Positions 1 to 11,200 of a DNA stretch of 64,000 nucleotides are shown piece after piece. Origin of the DNA: Squalus acanthias (lineage: Eukaryota); contig CM059427.1 in the NCBI GenBank assembly GCA_030390025.1, forward strand, positions 48,422,001 to 48,486,000, given 5' to 3'. The position numbers were made by a program, and so were the translations under genes. The first letter of the stretch is position 1; every line of letters begins with the position of its first letter. A model generated the notes under the pieces. That model made no database searches, had not been told where the DNA came from, and saw nothing but the letters and a program-made list of their open reading frames with translations.

Positions 1-150
1 GTGCGGCAGCTTCCTGCCCACCACGCTTTTGAAGCAAAACTCTCTCGGATGTCCTATCCAGCAGCAAAGGACCATGAAGCGGTGCTGAAATCTGTTGGCA
101 AACTAACAATATCACAAGTAGCAAAAATCAGCTTTTTCTTCTGCTTTGTG
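1..150 (+). CDS. SLC35F5: SLC35F5 coding exon (5' end outside window)
   Basis: Translates to [20 protein letters not shown]...[11 protein letters not shown], matching vertebrate SLC35F5 as I recall it; donor GTGAGT at 151, phase 0. Confidence 0.93.
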
Positions 151-344
151 GTGAGTGCCTTTTATTATGTCATTAATTCTTGCAACAGATTAAAATAATT
201 TAGCTGTACTAAAAATTTGAAAGGTAAACCATAATTTTTCCAAAGGTGGTGGGGAGTTTCTATATATACAATATATGTTTACTTTTTTTAGTCCTCTTTT
301 GGAAAACGTCGGGTGGATACATTTTTCACTATATTAAACATTTC

Positions 345-455
345 ATAGAAACATAGAATCTAGGAGCAGGAGTAGGCCATTCGGCCCGTCGAGCCTGCTC
401 CGCCATTCAATACGATCATGGCTGATCATCCAAATCCAGTACCCTGTCCCTGCTT
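345..455 (-). mobile_element. CR1 LINE 3' end fragment
   Basis: catagaaacataga...ggagcaggagtaggccattcggccc is the reverse complement of the CR1 tail seen at 59470-59557. Confidence 0.75.
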
Positions 456-460
456 TAATC

Positions 461-724
461 CCCACAGTACACATATCCCACCCTACCCCCGTAACCCCAC
501 GTATTTAATTCCCCCTAACACTAAGGGTCAATTTATCATAGCCAAATCAACCTAACCCACACATTTTTGGACTGTGGGAGGAAACCGGAGCACCCGGAGG
601 AAACCCACGCAGACACGGGGAGAATGTGCAAACTCCACACAGACAGTCACCCGAGGTCAGATTCGAACCCGGGTCTCTGGCGCTGTGAGGCACCAGTGCT
701 AACCACTATGCCACCGTGTTGCCC
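461..724 (-). mobile_element. HE1-like V-SINE (tRNA-derived)
   Basis: Reverse complement of the SINE at 5909-6225; tRNA A/B boxes plus V-core (gtgtggagtttgcacattctccccgtgtctgcgtggg). Confidence 0.85.
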
Positions 725-1049
725 TTTCATTTGCATTAATTATATACCAAAATGTAAAAATATATTGTGATTTGGCTTATGCTCAAAGTAATGTTTAATA
801 TGTGCTTGTAAACAAATAGCACCAGTGCAGTTTAGTTTATTGTGTTAGGGAAAAGTTAAAAGTAAATGCTATTCAGATTAGGATAATATTATCTTTGTAA
901 ATAGGTGCCTCTATTAAAATGTTTAGAATTTGGTTCAGGTACATTGATGTTAAACTGTTGAACAAGTCAAATATTAATACAACAGAAAATAAATTGCATG
1001 CAATTGTATACAAGTATGTTTGTTTTTAACTGTGAAAATAATTTTTCAG

Positions 1050-1131
1050 TGGTTTCTGGCAAACCTTTCCTATCAGGAGGCACTGTCTGATACTCAGGTG
1101 GCTATTGTTAACATTTTGTCCTCTACTTCTG
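1050..1131 (+). CDS. SLC35F5: SLC35F5 coding exon
   Basis: ttttcAG acceptor; [28 protein letters not shown]; GTAAGT donor; 82 nt. Confidence 0.95.
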
Positions 1132-1312
1132 GTAAGTTGAGTGTTAATAGTCTTACTCTTGTCCATTGCATTGTACTGAATAAGAATTGTGCCACTCATT
1201 TCAGCTAATACAAGGGGGAGTTAGGTTTTGCAGAATTAATGATATTTTGTTTTACTGTGTGCTTGCAAAATCTTACCACATCAGAAAAAAAACATGTTGC
1301 TGTAAAACCAGG

Positions 1313-2844
1313 TCATAGGAACAGGGGTAGGCAATTCAGCCCCTCGAGCCTGTTCCGCCATTCAATTCACGACTGATCTGTACCTCAACTCCAGTTACCT
1401 GCCTCAGCTCAATATCCCTTGATACCCTTACCCAACAAAAATCCATCAGTCTTTGTCTTGAAATTTCAATTGACCCAGCCGCACAGCCTTTTGGGGGAGA
1501 GTGTTCCAGATTTCCACTACTCTTTGTGTGAAAAAGTGCTTCCTGATTTCACTCCTAAATGCCCTGGTTCTAATTTTAAGATTATGCATGCCCCCTTTTT
1601 CTGGATTCCCCCACGAGAGGAAATAGTTTCTCTGTATCTAATCTATCGAATCCCTTTATCATTTTAAATACCTTGATTAGATCACCCCTCAACCTTCTAA
1701 ACGCATGGGAACACAAACTAAGACCGCGATTTTATTAATGGAGGCAGGTTGGGTGCGGGTCAAGTGGTTTCCGGCTTCCAGTCCCACCCCCAGCTGCATT
1801 CGGTCCACAGACGTGATTTTGCCTTGATTGACCTTGTTAAGCCCGCCCTATTAACAGGAAGCTGGTCTGATGACGTCATTTGATGACGCGTCATCTGCCG
1901 GTTTTCTTAAAGGGACCACACACAATTTTATTTTGACAGTTGATTTCTCAGTGTTTGACAGCATTGAGGTGCTGCAAGCACTGACAATCACTGTACAAAG
2001 GTGACCTCTTGCACCCAGGCTCTCCAATGACTCCCTCCATAGGCTGGAATAGATGGCAGCTGCAGGTGAAGTGACAGAAGCGATCTGTCACTGGTGAGAG
2101 AGGTTCTCCCAATGAGGTGGCACTGGACATGGATTTAAAAACTTGTAACCTAAAGAAATGTGTAAATGTATTAAAAATTCAGTACCCAAATTTTCTTTCC
2201 TCTGAGACTCACCATGTGCAACATTGGATCCTTCACACCCCTTCTGCAGCTGTCATCATTCCACAAACATTACAGCAGACTCACAACACGCCACACTTAC
2301 CTGGCGTGGTGTCCGGACGTCGGGAAACCCGAGCCAGAAGTGGCAAAATTCAAAAATAGGCTGACAACTACTGGCAAGTACCTGTTAATAGGCAGGTAAT
2401 TGCCTTTAATCCGCTTCCTGCTGCTAGATGTCGGGTCCATTCGCAAATCAGGGACCCGACACTTGGGGAAAGCTGTTTGGAGGCGGGTTGACAGCGGGAT
2501 TGCAACTCGCCGTCAATCAAAACGATTTTAACCTATGACCGCCTCCCTCTGTGCGCCGTCAAAATTGCGGCCTAAGTTTATGTAACCTGTCCTCATAATT
2601 TAACCTTTTAAGCTCTGGTAAAATTCTGGTGAATCTGCACTCTACACCCTCCAAGGGCAATATAATTGAGGGATGTTGCCCAAAACTGAATGCAGTACTC
2701 TAGATGGGGTCTGACCAAGGCTTTGCAGAACTGAAGCATCACTTCCTCACTTTTGAATTCCAACCCCTTGAGATAAATACCAACATTCCATTAGCCTTTT
2801 TCATTATTTGTTATACCTGCGCACAAGCTTTTAATGATGTGTAC
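1313..2844 (-). mobile_element. Degenerate CR1 LINE, 3' part (interrupted by a MITE and by the provirus; continues 15047-~15530)
   Basis: CR1 tail at 1313-1400; sequence joins across the provirus as gatgt-gtac-atggacacctaaatccc; RT remnant FSDDTKLGG in the 15207-15443 ORF. Confidence 0.75.
1722..2572. mobile_element. PIF/Harbinger-type non-autonomous element
   Basis: TIRs gaccgcgatttt / aaaattgcggcc, flanked by TAA on both sides. Confidence 0.7.
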
Positions 2845-2967
2845 TGCAGAGATTCACGTATCTCTGGTAAACAGGATCGAGTGCAAACCAATATGGTGGG
2901 TATATTGTGTTTAATCGGAGTTTAGGACGAAATATAACACACTAGTAATACAGCAAAAACATACGAC

Positions 2968-4592
2968 CATGACGAGCCAATTACCGCCCCATCAGTCTAC
3001 TCTCATTCATCAGCAAAGTGATGGAAGGTGACATGAATCTTGTCATTAATGGGAAATGACTTATGACATAATACTGGGCGGCCTGCTGGTGGCACTGTCC
3101 AGGGAGAGTATAAATACTCGGGCATGGGCCCAGCTTGCTCAGGACATTCTTTAACAGGAACTAGTGAAGGACAACTAGATCTCCATGTTGTAAAACAGTT
3201 GATTAAAGCTTTGTTTAACGCTTAGACCAAGTGCCGAGTAGTTTTCTTACGTCAGAAGGTATCATCGACAGTGCTATCAAGCGGCACTTACTCACCAATA
3301 ACCTGCTCACTGATGCCCAGTTTGGGTTCTTCCAAGACCACTCCACTCCCGACCTCATTACAGCCTTGGTCCAAACATGGACAAAGGAGCTGAATTCCAG
3401 AGGTGAGGTGAGAGTGACTGCCCTTGACATCAAGGAAGCATTTGACCGAGTCTGGCATCAAGGAGCCCTAGTAAAACTGAAGTCAATGGGAATCAGGGGG
3501 AATACGCTCCACTGGCTGGAGTCATACCTAGCACAAAGGAAGATGGCTGTGGTGGTTGAAGGTCAATCATCACAGCCCCAGGACATCGCTGCAGGAGTTC
3601 CTCAGGGCAGTGTCCTAGGCCCAACCATCTTCAGCTGCTTCATCAATGACCTTAACTCCAACATAAGGTCAGAAATGGGGATGTTCGCTGATGACTGCAC
3701 AGTGTTCAGCGCCATTCACAACTCCACAGATAATGAAGCAGTTCATGCCCACATGCAACAAGACCTGGACGACGTTCAGGCTTGGGCTGATAAGTGGCAG
3801 GCAACGTTCGCATTATTCACAGAAGTGCCAGGCAATGACTATCTCCAACAAGCGAGTGTCTAACCACCTCCCCTTGACATTCAATGGCATTATCATCGCC
3901 GAATCCCCCACTATCAACATCCTGGGGGTCACCATTAACCAGAAACTTAACTGGACCAGCCACATAAATACTATGGCAACAAGAGCAGGTCAGAGGCTAG
4001 GTATTCTGCGGCGAGTGTCTCACCTCCTGACTCCCCAAAGCCTTTCCACCATCTACAAGGCACAAGTAAGGAGTGTGATGGAATACTCTCCACATGCCTG
4101 GATGAGTGCAGCTCCAACAACACTCGAGAAGCTTGACACCATCCAGGACAAAGCAGCCCGCTTGATTGGCACCCCATCCACCACCTTAAACATTCACTCC
4201 CTCCACCACCGGCGTACCATGGCTGCAGTGTGTACCATCTACAAGATGCACTGCAGCAACTCGCCAAGGCTTCTTCGGCAGCACCTCCCAAACCCGTGAC
4301 CTCTTTCACCTAGAAGGACAAGGGCAGCAGGTGCATGGGAACTCCACCGCCTCCAAGTTCCCCTCCAAGTCACACACCATCCTGACTTAGAAGTATATCG
4401 CCAATCCTTCGTCGTCGCTGGGTCAAAATCCTGGAACTCCCTACCTAACAGCACTGTGGGAGTACCCTCACCACACGGACTGCAGCAGTTCAAGAAGGCG
4501 GCTCACCACCACCTTCTCGAGGGCAACTAGGGATGGGCAATAAATGCTGGCATTGCCAGTGACGCCCTGATCTCATAAACAAATTTTTTAAA
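2968..4592 (+). mobile_element. 5'-truncated CR1-clade LINE (type sharing its tail with SINE3/DeuSINE-type SINEs) inserted in the 3' LTR
   Basis: NYRPISLL, ALDIKEAFDRVW, GVPQGSVLGP and FADD motifs; tail caccaccttctc...gggcaataaatgctggc; about 6 bp of LTR lost at the site. Confidence 0.9.
3029..3254 (+). mobile_element. 226-bp solo LTR nested in the LINE
   Basis: TGAC...GTCA ends, 5-bp TSD GAAGG (3024-3028 and 3255-3259), internal TATAAAT and ATTAAA. Confidence 0.8.
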
Positions 4593-4670
4593 AAGCAGCT
4601 AGGTACCGGTCCCGATCGGACAGACGGCTGGCATGCGTGAACAGTTCTCTGGCTTCTGGTCCCTCCGCCT

Positions 4671-4713
<43 letters not shown>

Positions 4714-5593
4714 TCCGATGGTGAGCATGAGATCACTCTCAAAAGAGCGTTCGACCAGCCCAACTTCTCTTTGCAACTTCTGTTCGGCTCTCCCCTCCAC
4801 CGTCTGTGGGCAAGCCCTTGGGGTGTCACTTTTTATTCTCTTTTTAGGGGTGGGCCTGAGGCCAAGTTATTGACAAGACCATTTAACCTATAGAGGTTCT
4901 TCTAAAACCTCATCAACCAATGACAGCTCAAGTTCTTTGTCCTGGTTCTTGGATGAAAGCTCTCCCCAAAAGAGGGTCTCATTACTTCATCCAATTTATC
5001 TTTCTTGTTTTTACATTTTGAAGGTTCCTCCATTGGAATCCATCTTATCTCTCTTGACTCTCTCCTCCTTAACCCAGCAAGTACAAGGTCCGGCCCCGGC
5101 CCTGTCCCTCTTAATCATGGCCCCAGCCAGAGCTGTCGCACATTAGCCAGTCACTAGCTCACCTTCATCTAGCAAATGGCCCATTCTAAGATGGATACCT
5201 TAGCCTCCTCAAATTCCTTTCATTCTATGTCTTTTCCTAATTAACTTTTAATTATCTTCACAAGCAGTTCTGCTAAACAAACTCCAAATTCTATCTGTGG
5301 AGATTATAATATGGTTATTAGTAATAATGAAAGAAACATAGGTTGGGCCTTCACTGGCCAAATTAAAGATACATTAACAAAGTCAAAACCCTAACTTACA
5401 AACAACAGATAACTAGCCTGGCAGGGCCATCCTATGGGCCCCGTGTGGAATGTTTATGTTTCACCTAATCTAACTGATTAAAAAGACTGTCTCAAATTCT
5501 AATGCAAGCTTTCCAGGAAAATGAAACTTATCATTTAAACACAGTATTATTCGTGTAGCCATATACATTTTTAGGCACCCCTAGTTTCTGACA

Positions 5594-5604
5594 GTCCCCA
5601 CCTT
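5594..5604 (-). promoter_or_regulatory. Polypurine tract
   Basis: AAGGTGGGGAC immediately before the TGTCAG start of the 3' LTR on the minus strand. Confidence 0.7.
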
Positions 5605-5908
5605 GAGAGGGAGAAAAACTCTATTTCGACCTCTCATTTACGAACCTCTACCAACCGTGCCAACTCTAAATTATTGGTTCGACGGTTCAATCGACGTGTC
5701 AAGCATCTCAAATAACATGACATTATAATTAGAACTATTAAGACCAGACATTGAGCAATTACTAGGGCTGCTGATAGCATTCTTGCCCAGGGATGCTGGC
5801 TGGCATTATAAGCTACTTCCCACCACCTGTGGTCCCCTAACTTGCTTATTGCTTTCTCAATTTAGGCATTGTCTTGCTGCATTTTAACCAAATGTTTCTG
5901 CGAGGTAC

Positions 5909-6225
5909 TACACGGTGGCATAGTGGTTAGCACTGTTGCCTCACAGCGCCAGGGACCCGGGTTCGAATCCGGCCTCGGGTGACTGTCTGTGTGGAGTTTT
6001 CACATTCTCCCCGTGTCTGCGTGGGTTTCCTCCGGGTGCTCCGGTTTCCTCCCACAGTCCAAAGATGTGCGGGTTAGGTTGATTTGGCTATGATAAAAAA
6101 ATTGACCCTTAGTGTTAGAGGGGGATTAAATACGTGGGGTTATGTGGATAGGGTGGGATATGTGTCGGTGCAGGCTCGATGGGCCGAAATGGCCTCTATC
6201 TGCACTGTGGGGATTCTGTGATTCT
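5909..6225 (+). mobile_element. HE1-like V-SINE inserted in env
   Basis: tRNA head (ggtggcatagtggttagcac...ggttcgaatcc), V-core, CR1-derived tail ending gattct repeats. Confidence 0.9.
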
Positions 6226-6829
6226 TTCAATGATAGACTTTAAACTGAGGGATAGTGGTGGAATTGGATGTCCAAATTTTATGGGATTCTTATGGGAATC
6301 AAATGGGCGTTTCCTACTGTAGTCATTTCAAGAGGTCTTAAGCAGAAGGTTGGCCGTCTGACCTGACAGATGTCTAGCCCGTGGGTATATTGGGTAGCAG
6401 AGGTGGTCACACAATAACGTCCCTGGCTTAGATAACTGACCAGAGTGTGGTTATTGCCCCATGTTTGTACTTGGATAGTGCAAGTAGGTGATCCTTCATC
6501 TACAGAGATCCCACATGCTGGTATCCCAGGCTCAAGACTGTCACATCTACACATCCATGATCCTTTATTCTTAGTGCAACAATCCAAATTTTGGTCATGC
6601 CCTACTTAATCAAGTAGTGTGGATATTCTGCATACTGTTTGTGTACCTTCCCTTTCATAGATCCTATTGATTCGACCTTGAACACTTCCCACTTATTTGT
6701 CTTGTTCAATCGGGGCAACCATAGGACTACTGGTATGAGAATGCTTTTGGGGTCTAGATAATAATTATTCTCCCCACCTGGGCATGGTAATTTGGCATTG
6801 TAAGCTAACCCATGTTTCCTAGTAGTACA

Positions 6830-6889
6830 AAATTGAGAGGTCGCACAACACCAGGTTATAGTCCAACAGTTTTATTTGAAATCACAAGC
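6830..6889. mobile_element. Short Penelope-derived fragment in env
   Basis: Matches the arm at 27141-27200; 15-bp duplication tttcctagtagtaca (6815-6829 and 6890-6904). Confidence 0.75.
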
Positions 6890-8262
6890 TTTCCTAGTAG
6901 TACACCATGGTTCAGTCTTGCTAAACCATTTCTCTAAATGTCTGTCATTCACAAAGTTGGGTATCTGATTATTTTCGATGTCCGTCAGACCTTTCTGTAC
7001 CTGATCCAGTAGGAAACTCCCATACATAGCACAAGTGATACCCTTAGAAAACTGGTCCATACTTCCTTCAGATTCTTTGATTATCTCATTAACCTTGTCC
7101 TGAATCTCTTGCATTGTGTACCATTTCTAAGGTTGTTTTTAGTGCTTCTTGCAATTCTTGAACTTGGTCTGAATCTCCCTTATTTATTTTGGTTAAAATT
7201 CCCTTCAATTGTCCCCTCATAGCCTCATCATGTTCCCACATAGATTATGTGTCTATTCTATTTCATGCTGCTGTGCCTGCCATGGCTCCTATTCCTAGCC
7301 ATTCTCCTAACCCTCGCTTCCTTCTCGACTTAGTCGTACCGTTTTCTCCACCTACCACTGGTTCGTACCATTGTCCATCAATTGGGGGCCAAGATTCGTC
7401 ACTGTCTTTTCCCGCATTCCTTTCTACAAAATCCTTAACTATTTGTCTCACCAGATAACTGTAAAATAGCTCATGTGCGTGGTTGCACAGGCCCTTTGGC
7501 ATTTGGACTGCTGAAAGATTAAATATCATTGAGACAATCTCCTATCTAACATCATTATACAGGCTCTCATGGGTTCGTGTTACTACTAAACCATTATCGG
7601 GACCTTCTGTTATTTTGGGACAGTTTTCTTTCTTGTTACTGGTTTTATTTACCGTGATCTCCTCTCTTGTGTTATTACAACTACCCCTCCACTACTAACA
7701 CACCATCCCGCACAGCATTGTGGGTTATTTCCCGTATTATTTTCTTGCCACTTGGCTTTCCACTGGTATTCACCCTCATGTCTCGGCCAAAAGGACGGCC
7801 AATTCAAATCATAGTTCTTAATGTCCCAGTTTTCGCTCTTTACTTCATAGGGTATTCCCATCAGTCCAGTTTTAACCAATGCTGTGGATACCTTCCGGTA
7901 CCATCCTGGGGCTTTGCCTTCCAGTGCCTCTGGGTTGTATCCCTCTGTGCTGCAATGTAGTTGCACCCGAACTCCATTTCCTTCAGGAACCAAAAGGTGG
8001 TACTTCCAAGTGGTAACCGTCGGTAGACGTACCACACATCCCTCGCATATGAATTTTATTTCACGTATTTCCTTCAAAACTCAACATGATATACTCTCGC
8101 CGTTGGTATTGTAGTATTCCACCCAGTTCGTAGAGATTGGAGAGGTGTTCGAGTGTCTTATGAATATGATGACCCCCAGCAGGAGGGTTCGATGACTGAT
8201 GCAGCGTGCGACCTGTTTCATTATCATTCTTAACTGGTTCTGTAAGGCAAAATATGCAATAT

Positions 8263-11200
8263 TTATTCTTTCACAGTTTTCAACTGATTGATATGGTACC
8301 ATTTAGCCATCTTGGCTCTCCCCTTTTTCCCAGGGAATTGCACCAGATAAACCGAAGGACTGGCCCTGTCAATAACCGGGAAGGGACCATTCCACTTTGG
8401 TTCGAAGCAATGTTGCTTCTTCCCATAGTTTAGTACCATTACAACATCTCCCACTTGATACTCAAATGCTCGGACCTTCTTGTCGAAGTATTTCTTTTCC
8501 TGGTTTTTTAATTTGCCTGTTTGTGTAGCTACAAACATGTTCGTTTGTTCTATGTTCTCTACCACCATTTCAAGCCATTTTTGGTTGGCAATTCCCTGTA
8601 CTAAGGGTGTGGCTGAAGGGGTTAACAGATGGGCTGGCACTCGCATTAGTCGCCCGGTCATAGCCTGGTAGGGTGAGATACCCGTTGTGCTATGCGGGGT
8701 GGATCTAATAGCCATTAGACACATTGGCAACATACTGGACCATTTGGTGGGGTGATCTGCACAAAAAATTTTTAACATAGTTTTCAGAGTTCGGTTTCCT
8801 CTTTCCACCACTCCAGATGATTGTGGGTGATGGGAAATGTGAAGTTTATGCGAGATACCCATTATCCGTTGTAATTCGGTAAAAATTTGGGTGGTAAAGT
8901 GTGATCACTATCAACTTGAATTGGCACTCCCCACCTGCAGATCACTTCACCCAATAAAAGGCGAGCTGGTGTCAATGCAGTGTTTGTTTTACATGGAAAA
9001 GCCTCCATCCGTTTAGTAAATTTATCAACTATAACTAGACAATACCGCAAGCCAGAAGGTCCTGCAGGTAGAGGCCCTATGAAGTCAATTTGAAGGTGGG
9101 TCCGCGGCCCATCAGGAGGAGGGGGACTGCGCAACAGTGCCCGATTAGTGTGGGCACTTGGATTGTGCTGTAAACAGGGCAGACAACGATTCACCCTGAG
9201 TGACATCTATGATGCAATCGGGAAACCATGCAAATTTGATTAGTTTCTGAACAGTTGCATCAGCTGAATAGTGTCCTCCTACCAGGTGTGAGTGCAGGAG
9301 ATCAAAAATTTTGGGTGCCATGGATGGGGGAACACAGACAACCGGGAGATCAAACAATAGCCACTGCAAGCGGGGGTTGTACATTAACAGGGGAGCAGTT
9401 TCCCCAGACTGATCCGGAGCCAATTGTGTGTCCACAGCCCATGGAGTGGGCGGAGGTAACGGACATCCATGCTGATGCCATGCAATAACAACTGCATAGG
9501 GGGAATAACTGGACTGGAGGGAAGGGAGGTCGATGTCCCCACTTGGATACTCGAGACTGATCTTAAGGGAGGGGTAGGGGCTTGCCAGAGGTCACCGTTA
9601 ACAGCGGCATCCTTGGCAGCACGATCTGCCTGTGAGTTACCCTGGGTATGTACATCTGAAGAACGTGAGTGGGACTTTACCTTGCCAACATCGACAGGGG
9701 CTGATCGTGAATTTAAAGAGTCCCAAAGGGAAGCAAAGAGGTCTGCATGGAGCAGGGTCTTACCAGCGACCGTACAAAAATTATTCCTAGCCTACAGCGG
9801 TAAAGATAACAAAGTGTTAATCGCATAGGCACGATCTGACCAGACATTAACCAGTATTTCATGAGTAACTTGGATTCCTGTCACCAGGGCTGCAACTTCA
9901 GCATATTGGGCAGAGTGGGGAATGCATTTATACTTAAGTTCTCGGTCAGGCATGACTACTGCAAATCCAGTAAGGGGCTTTCCGTCCCTGTGATAGGATG
10001 ACCCATCAATGTAGACGTTCTGGGTGTCACTTAGCGGAGTAAGAGAGACGGGGTAACGGTCGAACTCCAGTGGTGGAAAGGGGCACTCATGGCTTCCCCC
10101 CTCGTACAGTAGGAGCTGAGGTAGTAGAGTTGTCTGCCTTGGCGTTATTTCCAAATCTCTGAGTTAACAGAAGTGTCCAGTGACTGAGTCAGGCAGAGGA
10201 GACCAAAGTGTCCCCTGGTTTAAGTAGAAGATTCAAAGGGGAGTGGGGGCTATGTATGATTGTTTTGTTCAGCCCAGTAATAAATGTGAAGTGTTTGACT
10301 GTCCAAAAAGTGGCTAGCAGATGTCGCTCAAACACAGTGAAATTCTTTTCCACGCCATTCAAAATACGGGAGGCGAATGCGATTGGCATAAGTTTACCCT
10401 GTACCTCTTGGCACAGAACAGCAGCAAGACTCTGATCGGTGGATCCCACCTCCAGGTAGAAAGGCTTATCTCGGTCAGAGCTTGTCAGGCATGTGGCTTG
10501 CATAACAGCAGTTTTAAGGAGGGATACAGCCGTTGTATGTTCGGTGGTCCAGTCACAGGCCACAGCGTCCTCTTCAACCTTTAACAGTTCATATAATGGT
10601 TTGGCTAGCTCCGCAAATCTGGGAATAAATGAGCGCTGGTATCCCACTCGGCCCAGGAAGGAGCGAAGTGCGGTTTTGGATGCGGGCAGTGGTAAACACT
10701 GAATCACCTCAATCTTATGCTGGTCAGGGCTGAGTCCCTTTTGTCCCACAGAAACCCCTAAAAATGTCACTTCTGGCTGTAACAGTTGTACCTTTTTGGG
10801 GTTAATTTTCAGCCCAGCTTTTAGAAGAAGGTCTAATAGCTCTTCCATTAATTTAATATGAGTCTTTTTGTCAGGCGTTGCAAGCAAAAGGTCATCAACA
10901 TACTGCAGCAGGCAGTCGGGTCTCGAAAAAGGTTTCAGTGACTGAGCCATCCGTTTGTGGAATATAGTTGGGGCGTTGTGAAAGCCTTGAGGTAAACATG
11001 TCCAAGTATAACGATAGCAAAATACTGCGGATGCTGGAAATCCGAAATAACAACAGAAAACGCTGGAAAAACTCAGCAGGCCAGGCAGCATCCGTGGAGA
11101 GAGAAACAGAGTTAACGTTTCAGGTCGAAAGGTCTTCGACCTGAAACGTTAACTCTGTTTCTCTCTCCACAGATGCTGCCTGGCCTGCTGAGGGTTTCCA

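Larger units (their letters stand above)
2845..5593 (-). repeat. Proviral 3' LTR, split by a LINE insertion (LTR parts 2845-2967 and ~4593-5593)
   Basis: Near-identical to 13942-15042. Confidence 0.93.
5634..8302 (-). pseudogene. env: Proviral env (stops, frameshifts, SINE and Penelope insertions)
   Basis: Signal-like RTLLLGVIIFI; furin site RRKR (7314-7325) then GLGEWLGIGAMAGTAA; heptad region; Cys-rich ORF 6279-6587; TM anchor MLSAALVIAQCLVLIVLIIMSCYL; stop at 5634-5636. Confidence 0.88.

Noticed and set aside
4588-5146. ORFs within the LTRs as accessory genes
   Set aside because: Short, driven by the (CT)n/(GA)n tract, and not preserved in frame between the two LTRs
5911-5980. tRNA gene
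   Set aside because: It is the tRNA-derived head of a SINE, followed by the V-core and LINE tail
7649-7670. RRSR as a second furin site between the Ig-like region and the fusion core
   Set aside because: It lies just before a stop in a frameshifted stretch; the frame leading into PKITEGP reads SCNNTREEITVNKT instead
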